From NCBI GenBank assembly GCA_030390025.1, contig CM059432.1, forward strand, positions 144,276,001 to 144,340,000: 64,000 nucleotides of DNA, in the 5' to 3' direction. Numbering within the stretch: position 1 is the stretch's first letter; each line of letters starts with the position of its first letter. The translations under genes were made by a program, and so were the position numbers. This document shows, one piece after another, positions 1 through 12,000 of the stretch. The DNA comes from Squalus acanthias (Eukaryota). A model generated the notes under the pieces. The model did no database searches. It was not told where the DNA came from and worked only from the letters and a program-made list of their open reading frames with translations.

Positions 1-165
1 TGAAGCTTCAGCTCATCCAAAGTGCTGCAGCCCATGTTCTCACCTGCACTAAGCCCCACACTCTTCCAACCCCCCCACCCTTCTGCCTCTCCTATCCACT
101 TCAAACACCACTGGCTCCCCACATCCCAGTGTGTCAATTTGAAAATTCACATCTAGTTTTCAAAT
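1..165 (+). mobile_element. Degraded L2-clade LINE ORF2 C-terminal fragment
   Basis: KLQLIQSAAAHVLTCTK ... HWLP-like relic typical of the L2 ORF2 end. Confidence 0.5.
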
Positions 166-1847
166 TAGGGGCTGAGCTAAGAACTGTTGAAGCTTATTAC
201 ATGTGTGGCTGGTGACTTTTGAGTGTTGAGCATTGCTGGGACCAAAGCATTTTCAACAAATTCAAATAAAATCTATATGTTTTGACATCTGGCTTCACTC
301 ATTTTTTTAAAAGGCGTTAGAGAGTGAGGTCAAACGTTCCTCATTGGTACAGAAAATATACAAGCTTTACATCTTGTACTGTTACATCTGCGATTAAAAA
401 ATACCATTAGCAAGTGAGTGTGTTAAACATACACTAGGGGATAAACTGTGACTCAAAAAAACCTAAATATTTGTGTATTTTTTATATTCCCATCAACACC
501 AGGATTGCAATCTTCATTTTAGACTAGAAGGTGAAACAAATGCTTCAGGTTTTGAGAGAAATACGCAGTCGGTATATGATCTTAATGTCTCTTCTCTTTG
601 CCCACCCAGATCTACAGTTTATTTTAATGGCAACGTTAGTATAATGGCACTTCTAATACAGGAATGCTCAGCTCATTCACCACATGCCCAAAATGTTAAT
701 ACAGTTCCCCACTGAGCATGGATCAGCTGTGTTTAAGATATGTCGATTAATTTATCCATTCTAAACTCACCATCTGGAAGCAATAGAGTTTTTAATTGTA
801 ATTTTGTAATTCCCTTATCCATCCCAGCACGCCGATTTCCTCGAATGGAATGCAGGATATTCCAGCCCACTGACATGACAAATGCTGCTGCTCTTTGATC
901 AATCTGCCAAGGACCACACTTAAATTGGAAATCCAGCTCCCTTTTCCTGTGTACTTGCCCCCTACCAGTTTCCGCCCCCCCCGCCCCCCTCTCTATCCCT
1001 CCTGTAGCTCCTTGTTGGGGAATGGTTCCAGTCACCCTCTGATACCTCATCCAAGCAGCCTTCATTCATGTGTGAGCCTTAACGATTAACATTAGGCTAT
1101 TTGACTGTGCGAGGGGAACCAAACAAGTCTGGTCCTGTCCTCAACTAACAGCCACACGTGGCACAGAGAAGTGGGGAAATAATATGAGTGATAGTGACTC
1201 TTCCTGGAACTAATTGGTCTCAGGCCAATGCAGGAGTCGGGCCAGGATCCTGTTACTGGTTGAGAAAGGTGTGCGGCGCAGAAGCAACGGGCTCCTGGGA
1301 TTGGTCAGTAGAGTGCAGTGGTTGAACCAGGGTTCATAGAATCATAGAAAATTTACGGCACAGAAGGAGGCCATTCGACCTATCATGTCTGTGCCGGCCG
1401 AAAAAGAGCTATCCAGCCTAATCCCACTTTCCAGCTCTTGGTCCATAGCCTTGTAGGTTACGGCACTTCAAGTGTATAGCCAAGTACTTTTTAAATGTGA
1501 TGTGCGTTTCTGCGTCTACCACCCTTTTGGGCAGTGAATTCCATCACCCTCTGGGTGAAAAAAGATCTCCGTAATTCCCCTCTAATCATTCTACCAATTA
1601 CTTTAAATCTATGCCCCTTAGTTACTGACCTCTCTGCTAGGGGAAATAGGTCCTTCCTATCCACCCTATCTAGGTCCCTCATCATTTTATACACCTCAAT
1701 CATGTCTTCCCTCAGCCTCCTCTGTTCCAAAGAAAACAACTCCAGGCTATCCAATCTTTCCTCATAGTTAATATTCTCCAGTCCTGGCAGCATCCTCGTA
1801 AATCTCCTCTGTACCCTCTCCAGTGCAATCACATATTTCCTGTAATG

Positions 1848-4009
1848 TAAGAACATAAACATAAGAACATAAGAAGTAGGAGCAGGAGTAGGTCATTCGG
1901 CCCTTCGAGCCTGCTCCGCCATTCAATAAGATCATGGCTGATCTTCTGCCTCATCTCCACTTTCCTGCACTATCCCTATATCCCTTGGTTCCCTTAATAA
2001 TCAAAAATCTATCGATCTTTGTCTTGAATATACTCGACGACTGAGCCTCCACAGCCCTCTAGGGTAGAGTATTCCAAAGATTCACCACCCTCGTGAGTGA
2101 AGAAATTTCTCCTCATCTCAGTCCTAAATGGCCAACACCTTATTCTGAGACTGTGACCCCTGGTTCTAGTCTCCCCAGCCAGGGGAAACATCCTCCCAGC
2201 ATCTACCCTGTCAAGCCCTGTAAGAATTTTATGTGTTTCAATGAGATCACCTCTCATTCTTCTAGACTCTAGAGAATATAGGCCCAGTCTACTCAATCTC
2301 TCCTCCTAGGACAATCCCCCCATCCCAGGAACCAGTCTGGTGAACCTTCGTTGCACTCCCTCTATGGCAAGTATATTCTTCCTTGGGTAAGGAGACCAGA
2401 ACTGTACACAATACTCCAGGTGTGATCTCACCAGGGCCCTATATAATTGCAGTAAGACGTCTTTACTCTTATACTCAAATCCTCTTGTAATAAAGGCCAA
2501 CATACTATTTGCTTTCCTAATTGCTTGTTGTACTTGCATGTTAACTTTCAGTGATTCGTGTACAAGGACACCCAGGTCCCTCTGAACGCCAACATTTCCC
2601 AATCTCTCACCATTTAAAAATACTCTGCTTTTCTATTTTTCCTACCAAAGTGGATAACTTCACATATCTCCACATTATATTCCATTTGCCATGTTCTTGC
2701 CCACTCACTTAGCCTGTCTATATCCCCTTGAAGTCTCCTTGCATCCTCCTCACAACTTACATTGCCACCCAGCCTTGTATCATCAGCAAACTTGGATATA
2801 TTACATTTGGTCCCCTCATCCAAATAATTGATGTGGATTGTGAATAGCTGAGGCCTGAGTACTGATCCTTGCGGTACCCCACTAGTTACAGCCTGCCAAC
2901 CCAAAAAATGACCCGTTTATTCCTACTCTTTTGTTTTCTGTCCGTTAACCAATCCTCAATCCATGCTAGTATATTATCCCCAATCCCATGAGCCCTAATT
3001 TTGTTAAAGAACCTCTTGTGTGGCACCTTATCGAAAGCCTTCTGAAAATCCAAATACACCACAGCCACTGGTTCCCCCTTATCTACTCTGCTCGTTACAA
3101 CCTCGAAAAACTCTAGCAGATTTGTCAAACACGATTTCCCTTTCATAAATCCATGTTGACTCTGCCCAATCCTATTATTATTTTCTAAATGCCCTGTTAC
3201 CACGTCCTTAATAATAGATTCTAGCATTTTCCCTGCTACTGATGTCAGGCTAACTGGTCTGTAGTTCCCCGTTTTCTCTCTCCCTCCTTTCTTAAATAGT
3301 GGGGTTACATTTGCTATCTTCCAATCCGCAGGAACCGTTCTAGAATCTATGGAATTTTGGAAAATGACAACCAGTGCATCCACTATTTCTATAGCCACCT
3401 CTTTCAGAACCCTAGGATGTAGGCCATCAAGTCCAGGGGATTTATCAGCTTTCAGTCCCATTAATTTCTCCAGTACTATTTTTTTACTCGTACTAATTTC
3501 TTTCAGTTCCTCATTCTCACTAGACCCTTGGTTCTCCACTATTTCTGGGAAGTTTTTTACGTCGTCTTCCATGAAGACCGACACAAAGTATTTGTTTAAT
3601 TTCTCTGCCATTTCCTTATTCCCCATTATAATTTCTCCTGTTTCAGCCTGTAAGGGACACACATTTACTTTTGCTAATCTTTTCCTTTTTACATACCTAT
3701 AGAAGCTTTTACAGTCTGTTTTTATGTCTCTCGCTAGTTTACACTCATATTCTATTTTCCCTTTCTTTATCAATTTCTTGGTCCTCCTTTGCTGAATTCT
3801 AAAATCCTCCCAATTCTCAGGCTTACTATTTTTGGCAACATTATAAGCCTCTTCCTTTGATCTAATACTATCTTTAACTTCTCTTGTTAGCCACAGTTGG
3901 ACCACTTTTCTGTGGGGTTTTTGTGCCTTAAAAGAATGTATATTTGTTGTAAATTATGTATTAATTCTTTAAATGTTAGCCATTGCTTGTCTACCATAAT
4001 ACCTTTTAT
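1848..4009 (-). mobile_element. CR1 LINE (family B), 5'-truncated, nested in the family A copy
   Basis: (TTCTTATG)n tail at 1848-1875; frameshifted RT ORFs 2009-3905 ([28 protein letters not shown]). Confidence 0.93.
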
Positions 4010-5182
4010 TGTAGTGACCAGAACTGTACACAGTACTATAGCTGTGGCCTTACTCCTGTTATATACTGTTCAAGCATAACCTTCCTGCTCTTGTATTCTG
4101 TGCCTCGGCTAATAAAGAAAAGTATCCCATATGCCGCCTTAACCATCTTATCCATCTGTCCTGCTACCTTCAAGGATCTGTGGATATGCACGCCAAGGTC
4201 CCTCTGTTCCTCTACACTTCTCAGTGTCCTACCATTTATTGTGTATTGCCTTGCCTTGTTAACCTTCCCCAAATGCATTACCTTACACTTCTCCAGATTG
4301 AATTCCATTTGCCATTTTTCTGCCCACCTGACCAGTCCATTGATATCTTCCTGCAGTCTACAACTTTCTTCCTCACTATCAACCACATGGCCAATTTTTG
4401 TATTATCTGCAAACTTCTTAATCATGTCCCCTACATTGAAGTCTAAATCATTGACATATACCACAAAAAGCAAGGGATGTAGTACTGAGCCCTGCGGAAC
4501 TCCACTGGAAACAGCTTTCCAGTCGGAAAAACATCTGTCGACCATTACCCTTTGCTTCCTGCCACTGAGCCAATTTTGGATCCAACTTGCCACTTTCCCT
4601 TGGATCCCATGGGCTTTTCCTTTTCTGACCAGTCTGCCATTTGGGACCTTGTCAAAAGCCTTGCTCAAATCTATGTAGACTACATCAAATGCACTACCCT
4701 CATCAACCCTCCTTGTTACCTCCTAAAAAAAATTCAATCAAGTTAGTGAGACACGACCTTCCCTTAACAAATCCATGCTGACTGTTCTTGATTAATCCGT
4801 GCCTTTCTAAATGATGATTAATAATGTCCCTCAGAATTTTTTCCAACAATTTGCCCACCACCAAGGTTAGGCTGACTGGCCTGTAATTACTCTGTCTATC
4901 CCTTTCTCCCTTTTTAAACAACGGTACAACGTTAGCAGTCCTCCAGTCCTCCGGCACCACACCTGTAGCCAGAGAGGATTGAAAAATTATGGTCGGAGCC
5001 TCTGCTATTTCCTTCCTTGCTTCTCTTAACAGCCTGGGATACATTTCATCCGGGTCTGGCAAAGGTGCTAAACCCCTTAATACTTTCTCTCTCACTCTGT
5101 TTATCTCATCTAATATTTCACACTCCTCCTCCTTAACTACAATGTCTGCATCGTCCCTCTCTTTTGTGAAGACAGGCACAAA

Positions 5183-6013
5183 GGGCAGAATTTTCATTGA
5201 CCCGTGGAGGCGGGTTTGGAGGCGTGTGGGGTGGGAAAATAGCAGATTCGGGGGTCCCGAACCCATCCCGCCCCCAACCCGCCTCCATGCCAGTTTCGCT
5301 GGAGGCGGGTACCCAACCTGTGCTGGGACCCGCCTCCCTGAGGCGGGAAGGGGATTCGTGACAATAAACTGCCTGTTAACAGGTAGTTAACAGGCAGTTT
5401 GTTGCCTAATCCCTATTTTTAGCCCTGAAGTGTGGGCTACCCGACGGCTCCAAACCACACCGTTTCAGCGAGGCGGACCGTGGGTCTGCAGGGGTTGGAG
5501 GGGTCGATATGTCCGGTGGGCAGGTGAGTGATGGGTGCATGTGTGCAGAGGTAAGTGTAAAGTGTGGAAAAAAGTTTTACTTACCTTAACTTCCTCCTGC
5601 AGGTGTCAGCCCTTCAGGTCTCGGGAGTCAGAAATCTCACCGGCACACAAAGCAGAATGGCCGTTGAGCTGTCAAAAGCTGCAGCCTCTGCTTTTTGTTC
5701 TGCAGAGATCTCTAAATCAGCTTGAGAGGAAGGAATTAACTTAGAGGACAGATTGTCAGTGTTTGACAGCTTCAAAGAGCTGTCAAACGCTGATATTTCA
5801 TCTGTCAAAAGCTCTTGACAGATGAAATGTCAATCTGTGACATCACCTGTTGCTGGGTGGCCCTTAATTGGCCTGCTGAGCCCGCTGGGCGGGCTCAACA
5901 AGGTCAATCAAGGGAAAATCGAGTGGGTTGGCCACAACTCGATGGAAGCGGGACTACAACCCCAAAAGTGGGAGTCCCGCCTCCTGCTCGCCTCCATTGA
6001 TAAAATCCAGTCC
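5183..6013. mobile_element. Non-autonomous DNA transposon (MITE-like, probably PIF/Harbinger-type) inserted in CR1
   Basis: GC-rich block interrupting CR1; imperfect TIRs GGGCAGAATTTT / rc GGACTGGATTTT; internal palindromes; no coding capacity. Confidence 0.65.
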
Positions 6014-6676
6014 ATAGTATTCATTAAGAACCATACCCACGTCTTCCGCCTCCACACAAGCTTCCTTTTTGGTTTCTAATACGCCCTACTCTTTCTTTAG
6101 TTATCCTCTTGCTCTTTATGTATTTATAAAATATCTTTGGGTTTTCCTTGATTTCACTTGCAAATATTTTTTCATGCCCTCTTTGCTTTCCTAATTTCCA
6201 TTTTAATTTCACCCCTGCACTTTCTATACTCCTCTAGGCTTTCTGCAGTATTTAGCTCTCGGTATCTGATATAAGCTTCCCTTTTTTGCCTTATCCTACC
6301 CTGTTATGCCCCTGACATTCAGGGGGCTCTAGATTTGGGAGTCCCACCCTTTTTCTCTGTGGGAACATATTTGCTCTGAACCCTCACTATCTCCTTCTTG
6401 AATGCCTCCCACTGCTCTGACACTGATTTACCTTCAAGTAGTTGTTTCCAGTCCACTTTTGCTAAATTGGATGTCGGCTCAGTAAAATTGGCCTTTCCCC
6501 AATTAAGAACTTTTATTCCTGATCTATCTTTGTCCTTTTCCATAACTACGCTAAATCTAACTGAATTATGATCATTACCACCAAAATGCTCTCCCACTGA
6601 TGGGTTGTTCAGTGGTTGGTGAAAATGGAGGCCTGTGAGTGGTTCATGATCTGGTGCAGTCCTGCATTTAAAGGAA

Positions 6677-7090
6677 GAAAAGAAAGAAGTTGTGTTTATA
6701 TAGTGCCTTTTACCTCTGGATATCCCAAAGCACATTAATAGCCAATGAATTACTTTTGAAGTTAGTTAATTTGCACACAATGTGGTCCCACAACCAGCAG
6801 TGAGATAAACGACCAGTTACTCTGTATTTAATGGTGTTGATTCAGGGATAAATGTTGACCAGGACACATGGGGGGCTCCCCATCTCTTTCAAATAGTGCC
6901 GTGGGATCTCTTACCCGAGAGGGCAAACGGGGCCTCGGTTAAATATCTCATCCGAAAGACGGCACCTCCAAAAATGCAGCACTCCCTTGGTACTGCACTG
7001 AAGTGTGGCCTCGATGACACACTGAAGTTCTGGAGTGGGGCTTGAAACCATCACCTCTGACTCTCGGGTGGGAGCGCTACCACTGGGCCA
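6677..7090 (-). mobile_element. tRNA-derived Deu-domain SINE (SacSINE1-like)
   Basis: tRNA-like head near 7090, Deu core (rc of AATAGTGCCGTGGGATC..GGCCTCGGTTAAATATCTCATCC), L2-like tail at 6677-6730. Confidence 0.8.
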
Positions 7091-7404
7091 GAGATGAAAA
7101 TGAATGAGCAAATGAGGACGGTGAAGATAGATTGAGCTCTGCGCCGATACCCTCATGGTCAAATAGCCTGCCAGTGCGCACTGTCCAGGTTCGTCTCTGA
7201 ATAATGACCACTTGGTTGAGGTACTGAAAGGCACCCAACACCCATTGAACCGTACCCCCAACGAGAAGTCAACACCTTCAGAAGAGGAGAAAATTGGTGA
7301 GGGGGGGAAAAAGCAGCCAGTTAGCAAAGAAACAAATGTAATGAAACAGTGCTGCATTATTTAAACTTGGTCCTTGTACTCTTGCGTATCTGCCTACTAT
7401 CTTC

Positions 7405-8540
7405 CCATGGTTAACAAAATTGAGGCTCATGGAATAGGTGGGTCAGTGGCAGCTTGGATAAGGAATTGGCTTAAGGACAGAAAACAGCGAGTTGTGGTAA
7501 ATGGCTGTTTTTCAGACTGGAGGATGGTAGACAGTGGTGTTCCTCAAGGGTCAGTGCTGGGGCCACTGCTTTTTTTGATATATATAAATAACCTGGATAT
7601 TGGAATACAGAGTAGAATTTCTAAATTTGCCGATGACCCCAAACTTGGGGGTGTGGCAAACAGTGAGGCTACCAATCGACTGCAACAGGACATAGAAAGG
7701 CTAGCAGAATGGGCAGACAAGTGGCAGATGGAATTTAATACAGAGAAGTGTGAGGTGATGCATTTTGGCAGAAGGAACGGGGATAGGCAATATACACTTA
7801 ATGGCACAGTTTTAAAGAGTGTGCAGGGATAGAGGGACCTGGGAGTTAATGTGCATAGGTCCCTGAAGGTGGCAGGACATATTGAGAGAGTGGTTAGCAA
7901 AGTATATGGGATCTTGGGCTTCATAAATAGAGGTATTGAGTACAAAAGTAGAGAAGTTATGCTGAACCTTTATAAAGTACTGGTTTAGGCCACAACTGGA
8001 GTATTGCGACCAGTTCTGGTCACCACACTTTAGGAAGGATGTGAAGGCCCTTGAGAGGGTGCAGAGGAGATTTACCAGAATGGTTCTGGGGATGGGGGAT
8101 CTTTGCTACAAGGACAGGTTGGAGAAGCTGGATTTGTTTTCATTAGAGCAAAGGAGGTTGAGGGGTGATTTGATAGAGGTGTACAAGATTGTGACTGGTT
8201 TGGATAGGCTAGACGGGGAAAGGCTGTTCCCACTAGTTGATGGTAGAAGGACTAGGGGACACAGATTTAAGGTTTTGTGCAAGAGATACAGGGGGGAATG
8301 TGAGGAAAAACTTTTTTATGCAGCGAGTGGTGAGGACCTGGAACTCGCTGCCGACGGAAGTGGTGGGAGCAGAGACACTCAGTCTTTTCAAGGGGAGACT
8401 GAATAGGCACTTGAGGGAAATAAACTTGCAGGGCTACGGGGATAGAGCGGGGGAATGGGACTGACTGGATTGCTCCACAGAGAGCCGGCACGAACTCGAT
8501 GGGTTGAATGGCCCCCTTCTGTGCCGTATGATTATGATGA
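7405..8540 (+). mobile_element. CR1 LINE (family C) 3' 1.1 kb
   Basis: [37 protein letters not shown]; tail ATGATTATGATGA. Confidence 0.92.
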
Positions 8541-8990
8541 CAGTTTGACTAGTCACTGAATAATTGAATATTCTCCCAACACCTTTCCAATGGTCAAGGA
8601 ATTACAAATGTCAACTGGGACATCAAGCAGAGTATCTGGGGGAATGTTACTGGGCGCTGAGGTCATTGTTCCCATCTGCTTGGGATGCAGCAAGTAGTTC
8701 ATTTAGTGAAAGGACAAGACTTGAGTAATGTATTGGATTTTAATTTACTGAGAATCTGTATGCTGAGCAGCTGTGCTTTCATTTTAGTGCACAAGAGTCA
8801 TGTGGACCCCTCCTCTCCGTGAGAGCTTCTCCTACCCATTCCTAATCCTGCAGATGCTGCTTTTAACCCGCATACTAAGGTACTAACCCATATCTTACTG
8901 TTTGAGAATTCCTCCTTATGTTCAGTGCATGTGCAATCACAGTTAATGCCTACATTAAAACATTTGATTTGTGTATTTTTCTTTGAATAG

Positions 8991-9090
8991 AAGCGTCTCT
9001 GTGGAAAAGAAGACCTTGGCTGCATTTTGTATTGCGAATATCCTCTTCATGCTCCCATGGCAGTTTGCACAGTTTGTGCTACTCACACAG
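8991..9090 (+). CDS. DPY19L1: DPY19L1 exon a (100 bp): (R)[33 protein letters not shown]
   Basis: ttgaatag|A ... ACACAG|gtaagc; conserved [14 protein letters not shown] motif. Confidence 0.95.
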
Positions 9091-12000
9091 GTAAGCAATG
9101 TTGGTGAAAATACTAAGAGGGTGCGATTGCCTTTTCAACATTAAAGAATCAGTTTAGGTATTTAAAATGAAACAGACAAACTGGAACATTTCCGATGCGC
9201 AGTGTCATCTCTGGTTCACGTACAGAAACATAACCGAAAACATAAACGGTTAAACACGTTTAGTTTTTAGGGTGCTATTTTGAGGTTTTTAATTTTAAGA
9301 CCTTGATCTTTGTGATTTTTACACCCAATCCTACTTCGGAAACTTCAGACGATTTCACAAGCAGCTGATGCCGTTTTGCAACTGTGTCAGTGTGTTGTGC
9401 TGACTGACCTAAACTCGCAGTGCATTACAAACTGCTCCTGCTTTAATAAGATGTCATTGTACAGACCTAATGTTTTGCTGAGTGTAGAGTAGTTTTTAAG
9501 GTCCCAGTTCTCGAGGCTATGCAGAAACATATGAGCAGAAGGATCCTGTCAGTCACTTGTAGACCTACAATTTATATCATTAACATATTCCCACTTGGCC
9601 TGGGAACTGAGATTTATAAAGTACACAGTCTGTTTTTGTATAGTGCTGAATTTAATAATTAATTCAAGTTGGTGCACCATGCTGAGTGGGCTCGAGTGCA
9701 TAACAGTGACCTTGATGCTTTGTCTGGTTAAACTATAACAGCCCAGAGGTCTCCCAGGGTGCTGCTCCTGAGTAGTTTATGGCTCAGAGCACTGTTTCTC
9801 GTATATATTACTTGTACAGTACTTAGCTGATGTCACCACTTTATTTCTCATTGCGGCCTGGTTTATCGGTCAGGCAGGCGCAAGGACTAAGCAATGGCGG
9901 GGGGAGCCATTGCCACTATTGCACCCGAGTTTGAAGGACTGCGTTGAGGTTTGGGAGTCCTGGGAAGAGCTGCTTCCTGGTCGCTCCTGCCCGTGTCCAT
10001 CTTTCTCTCTCCTGTTTCCCTCTTGCATTTTTCTGCCTGCTATTCTCATCCTTTCCTGTCACTGTCGCTCATTATCCCTGTCACTCTTGTTTCTCACACA
10101 CTGTCTGTTATTCTTGTTTTTCACTCTTGTCTGTCACGCTGACTTGTTATCTCTGTCACTATTTGTCACTCTTATTTTTATCACTCCTATGAACAGTTTG
10201 TTTCTCTATTTATTCTGTTTGTTTGCTCCTTTTGTGGGTTTTTTTGGGGGGAGGGGGAGACGAGGCATATTGTGACCACCCAGCAGATTGTGATAAGGGG
10301 ACAGGAGACGCCCCAGGATGTTTTGGGAGCGTGCACATGCCTATAGTCTGCAATATGAGCTTTCTGTACATTAACCCAATTTGGACCAGGTACTGTCCAC
10401 TTGTGGGGTCGGTGTACAAGAGATCAAGGCTGTGTTCTTTGCTTTGGGGAGCAAGTGTCTAGGTGATTGGTAGTTGAATGGGAAAGTCTGTGGCTAAGTT
10501 TGTAGGATTTCAGTGAGTTGTTGAATTTTTTACGTGTTAATACTGTGAGGGGTGTACAGTGGGGTGTGAGCAATTGTCACGACAGCTGTACAACACAGTG
10601 ATTTTTGACAGGGTGAGATTTGATTGGTCGCTAGTGAAATATTTGTGGGATCTGATTGGTTGAGGAGAGAATTGTGTGTGATCTGAAGTTTTGGAATGTG
10701 ATTGGCTGAAGGGGCAATCATCGCTGGTTCCGCAATCTGATTGGGCAGAAGCACTGTAACACAAAGCACACCGACCCACGACTTTTAACATAGTTGGTGC
10801 TTCTCGGTTCCCTGGTGGCAGCAGGCTCCCTGTATTTTGTCTGCTTTGTGAGGCCAATTCACCATGATGTCCCGATGGAATTCAAGCATTCTGACATCAA
10901 GTAAATAGAAATTTTTCTTGTGAATACTTAATTGGTCTGAAACTGTATTTCAGTTCACCAAACAAGTTGCTGAGTTTAATACAATGCAATAGTTTGAAGC
11001 TAAAAGTAAATATATTCACTCATTTGAATAAATCCACTGTGACTGTATGTTTTGGCTTGCATGATATTTGTGAGAGGTTTGTGCACTTTTTAAATAACTT
11101 CCATAACTCTAAAAGGGGATTGGTCAGTGATCCTCCTTTATTCTGATTTGTGGTTGCTTTCTTTCTGTTAAGCCATTGTACTGAAATTCTTCTTTTACTC
11201 TTTTAGGTTGCGTCACTGTTCGTGACGTATGTTTTAGGCTATATTGCCGCCTCCAAGCTGCTGGACATTCTTTATGCTCACATGGTAAAATGATTTGTGT
11301 TCCTTATTCACATCGAGTCACTGCTGCATAAGTAAAACTGAAATGTGTTAATACAGATATTAAACTAGGATTTTTTTTTTTGCACTAGGCACAGCTGCTG
11401 CATAAATACAGTTCCATTTAGCTGAACATAAGTTTGTGATTATAGAAACGGTCTTTCCTATTCATCCTTTGTTTAAACCCTTCATAATTCAAAAAAACAC
11501 TTGATCTCTTCTTGGCCTTCTCTGCTCCAGTCGAATTAGTTCTGGTATTTCAAGTCTCTGCTTATAACTTTTATTTCTTATCCCTAACAGATGGGTAGTG
11601 GGCTGTCTACACTAAGTCCTGGGACCCCAGTAATCTGGCACTGGGTACTTTCTCTGTTACCCTGGAGAGGGAAGTGTCTGTGTTTATCCTCTTTATTTTC
11701 CACTGAATTGCAAGGTGATAATCAGAATCATCTGAGCACAGATCCAAAGTGATTCTTATGGTGTAAGGCAACCGTGATTTACAGATATCCTGTCACTGCA
11801 CTGACTTTTACTGATGGAGCCAAGGAGTTCTGGCATTTGGTCCTAACCAGCTTGCAGATGAAGATGTGACTACTGAATGCAACAGACTGGTCTTCCAGGT
11901 CACAAGCACCACTGTCTTCCTTTGGGCCACTCACTTGGGTACAAATGGAAGAGTGCCAGAGCTGAACCAATTGCTGTCTTTTTTGAAGCGATCGGGAATG

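Larger units (their letters stand above)
1334..6598 (-). mobile_element. CR1 LINE (family A), 5'-truncated, split into 1334-1847, 4010-5182 and 6014-6598 by two later insertions
   Basis: 3' (TTCTATGA)n-type tail at 1334; RT fragments (KAFDKVP, GVPQGSVL, KFADNTK); sequence is continuous across both insertion points. Confidence 0.9.

Noticed and set aside
2886..3905. 339-aa ORF as a host gene or active reverse transcriptase
   Set aside because: It is a fragment of a 5'-truncated, frameshifted CR1 ORF2.
9910..10275. Hydrophobic multi-frame ORFs as a membrane protein
   Set aside because: Artefact of a CT-rich low-complexity tract lacking stop codons.
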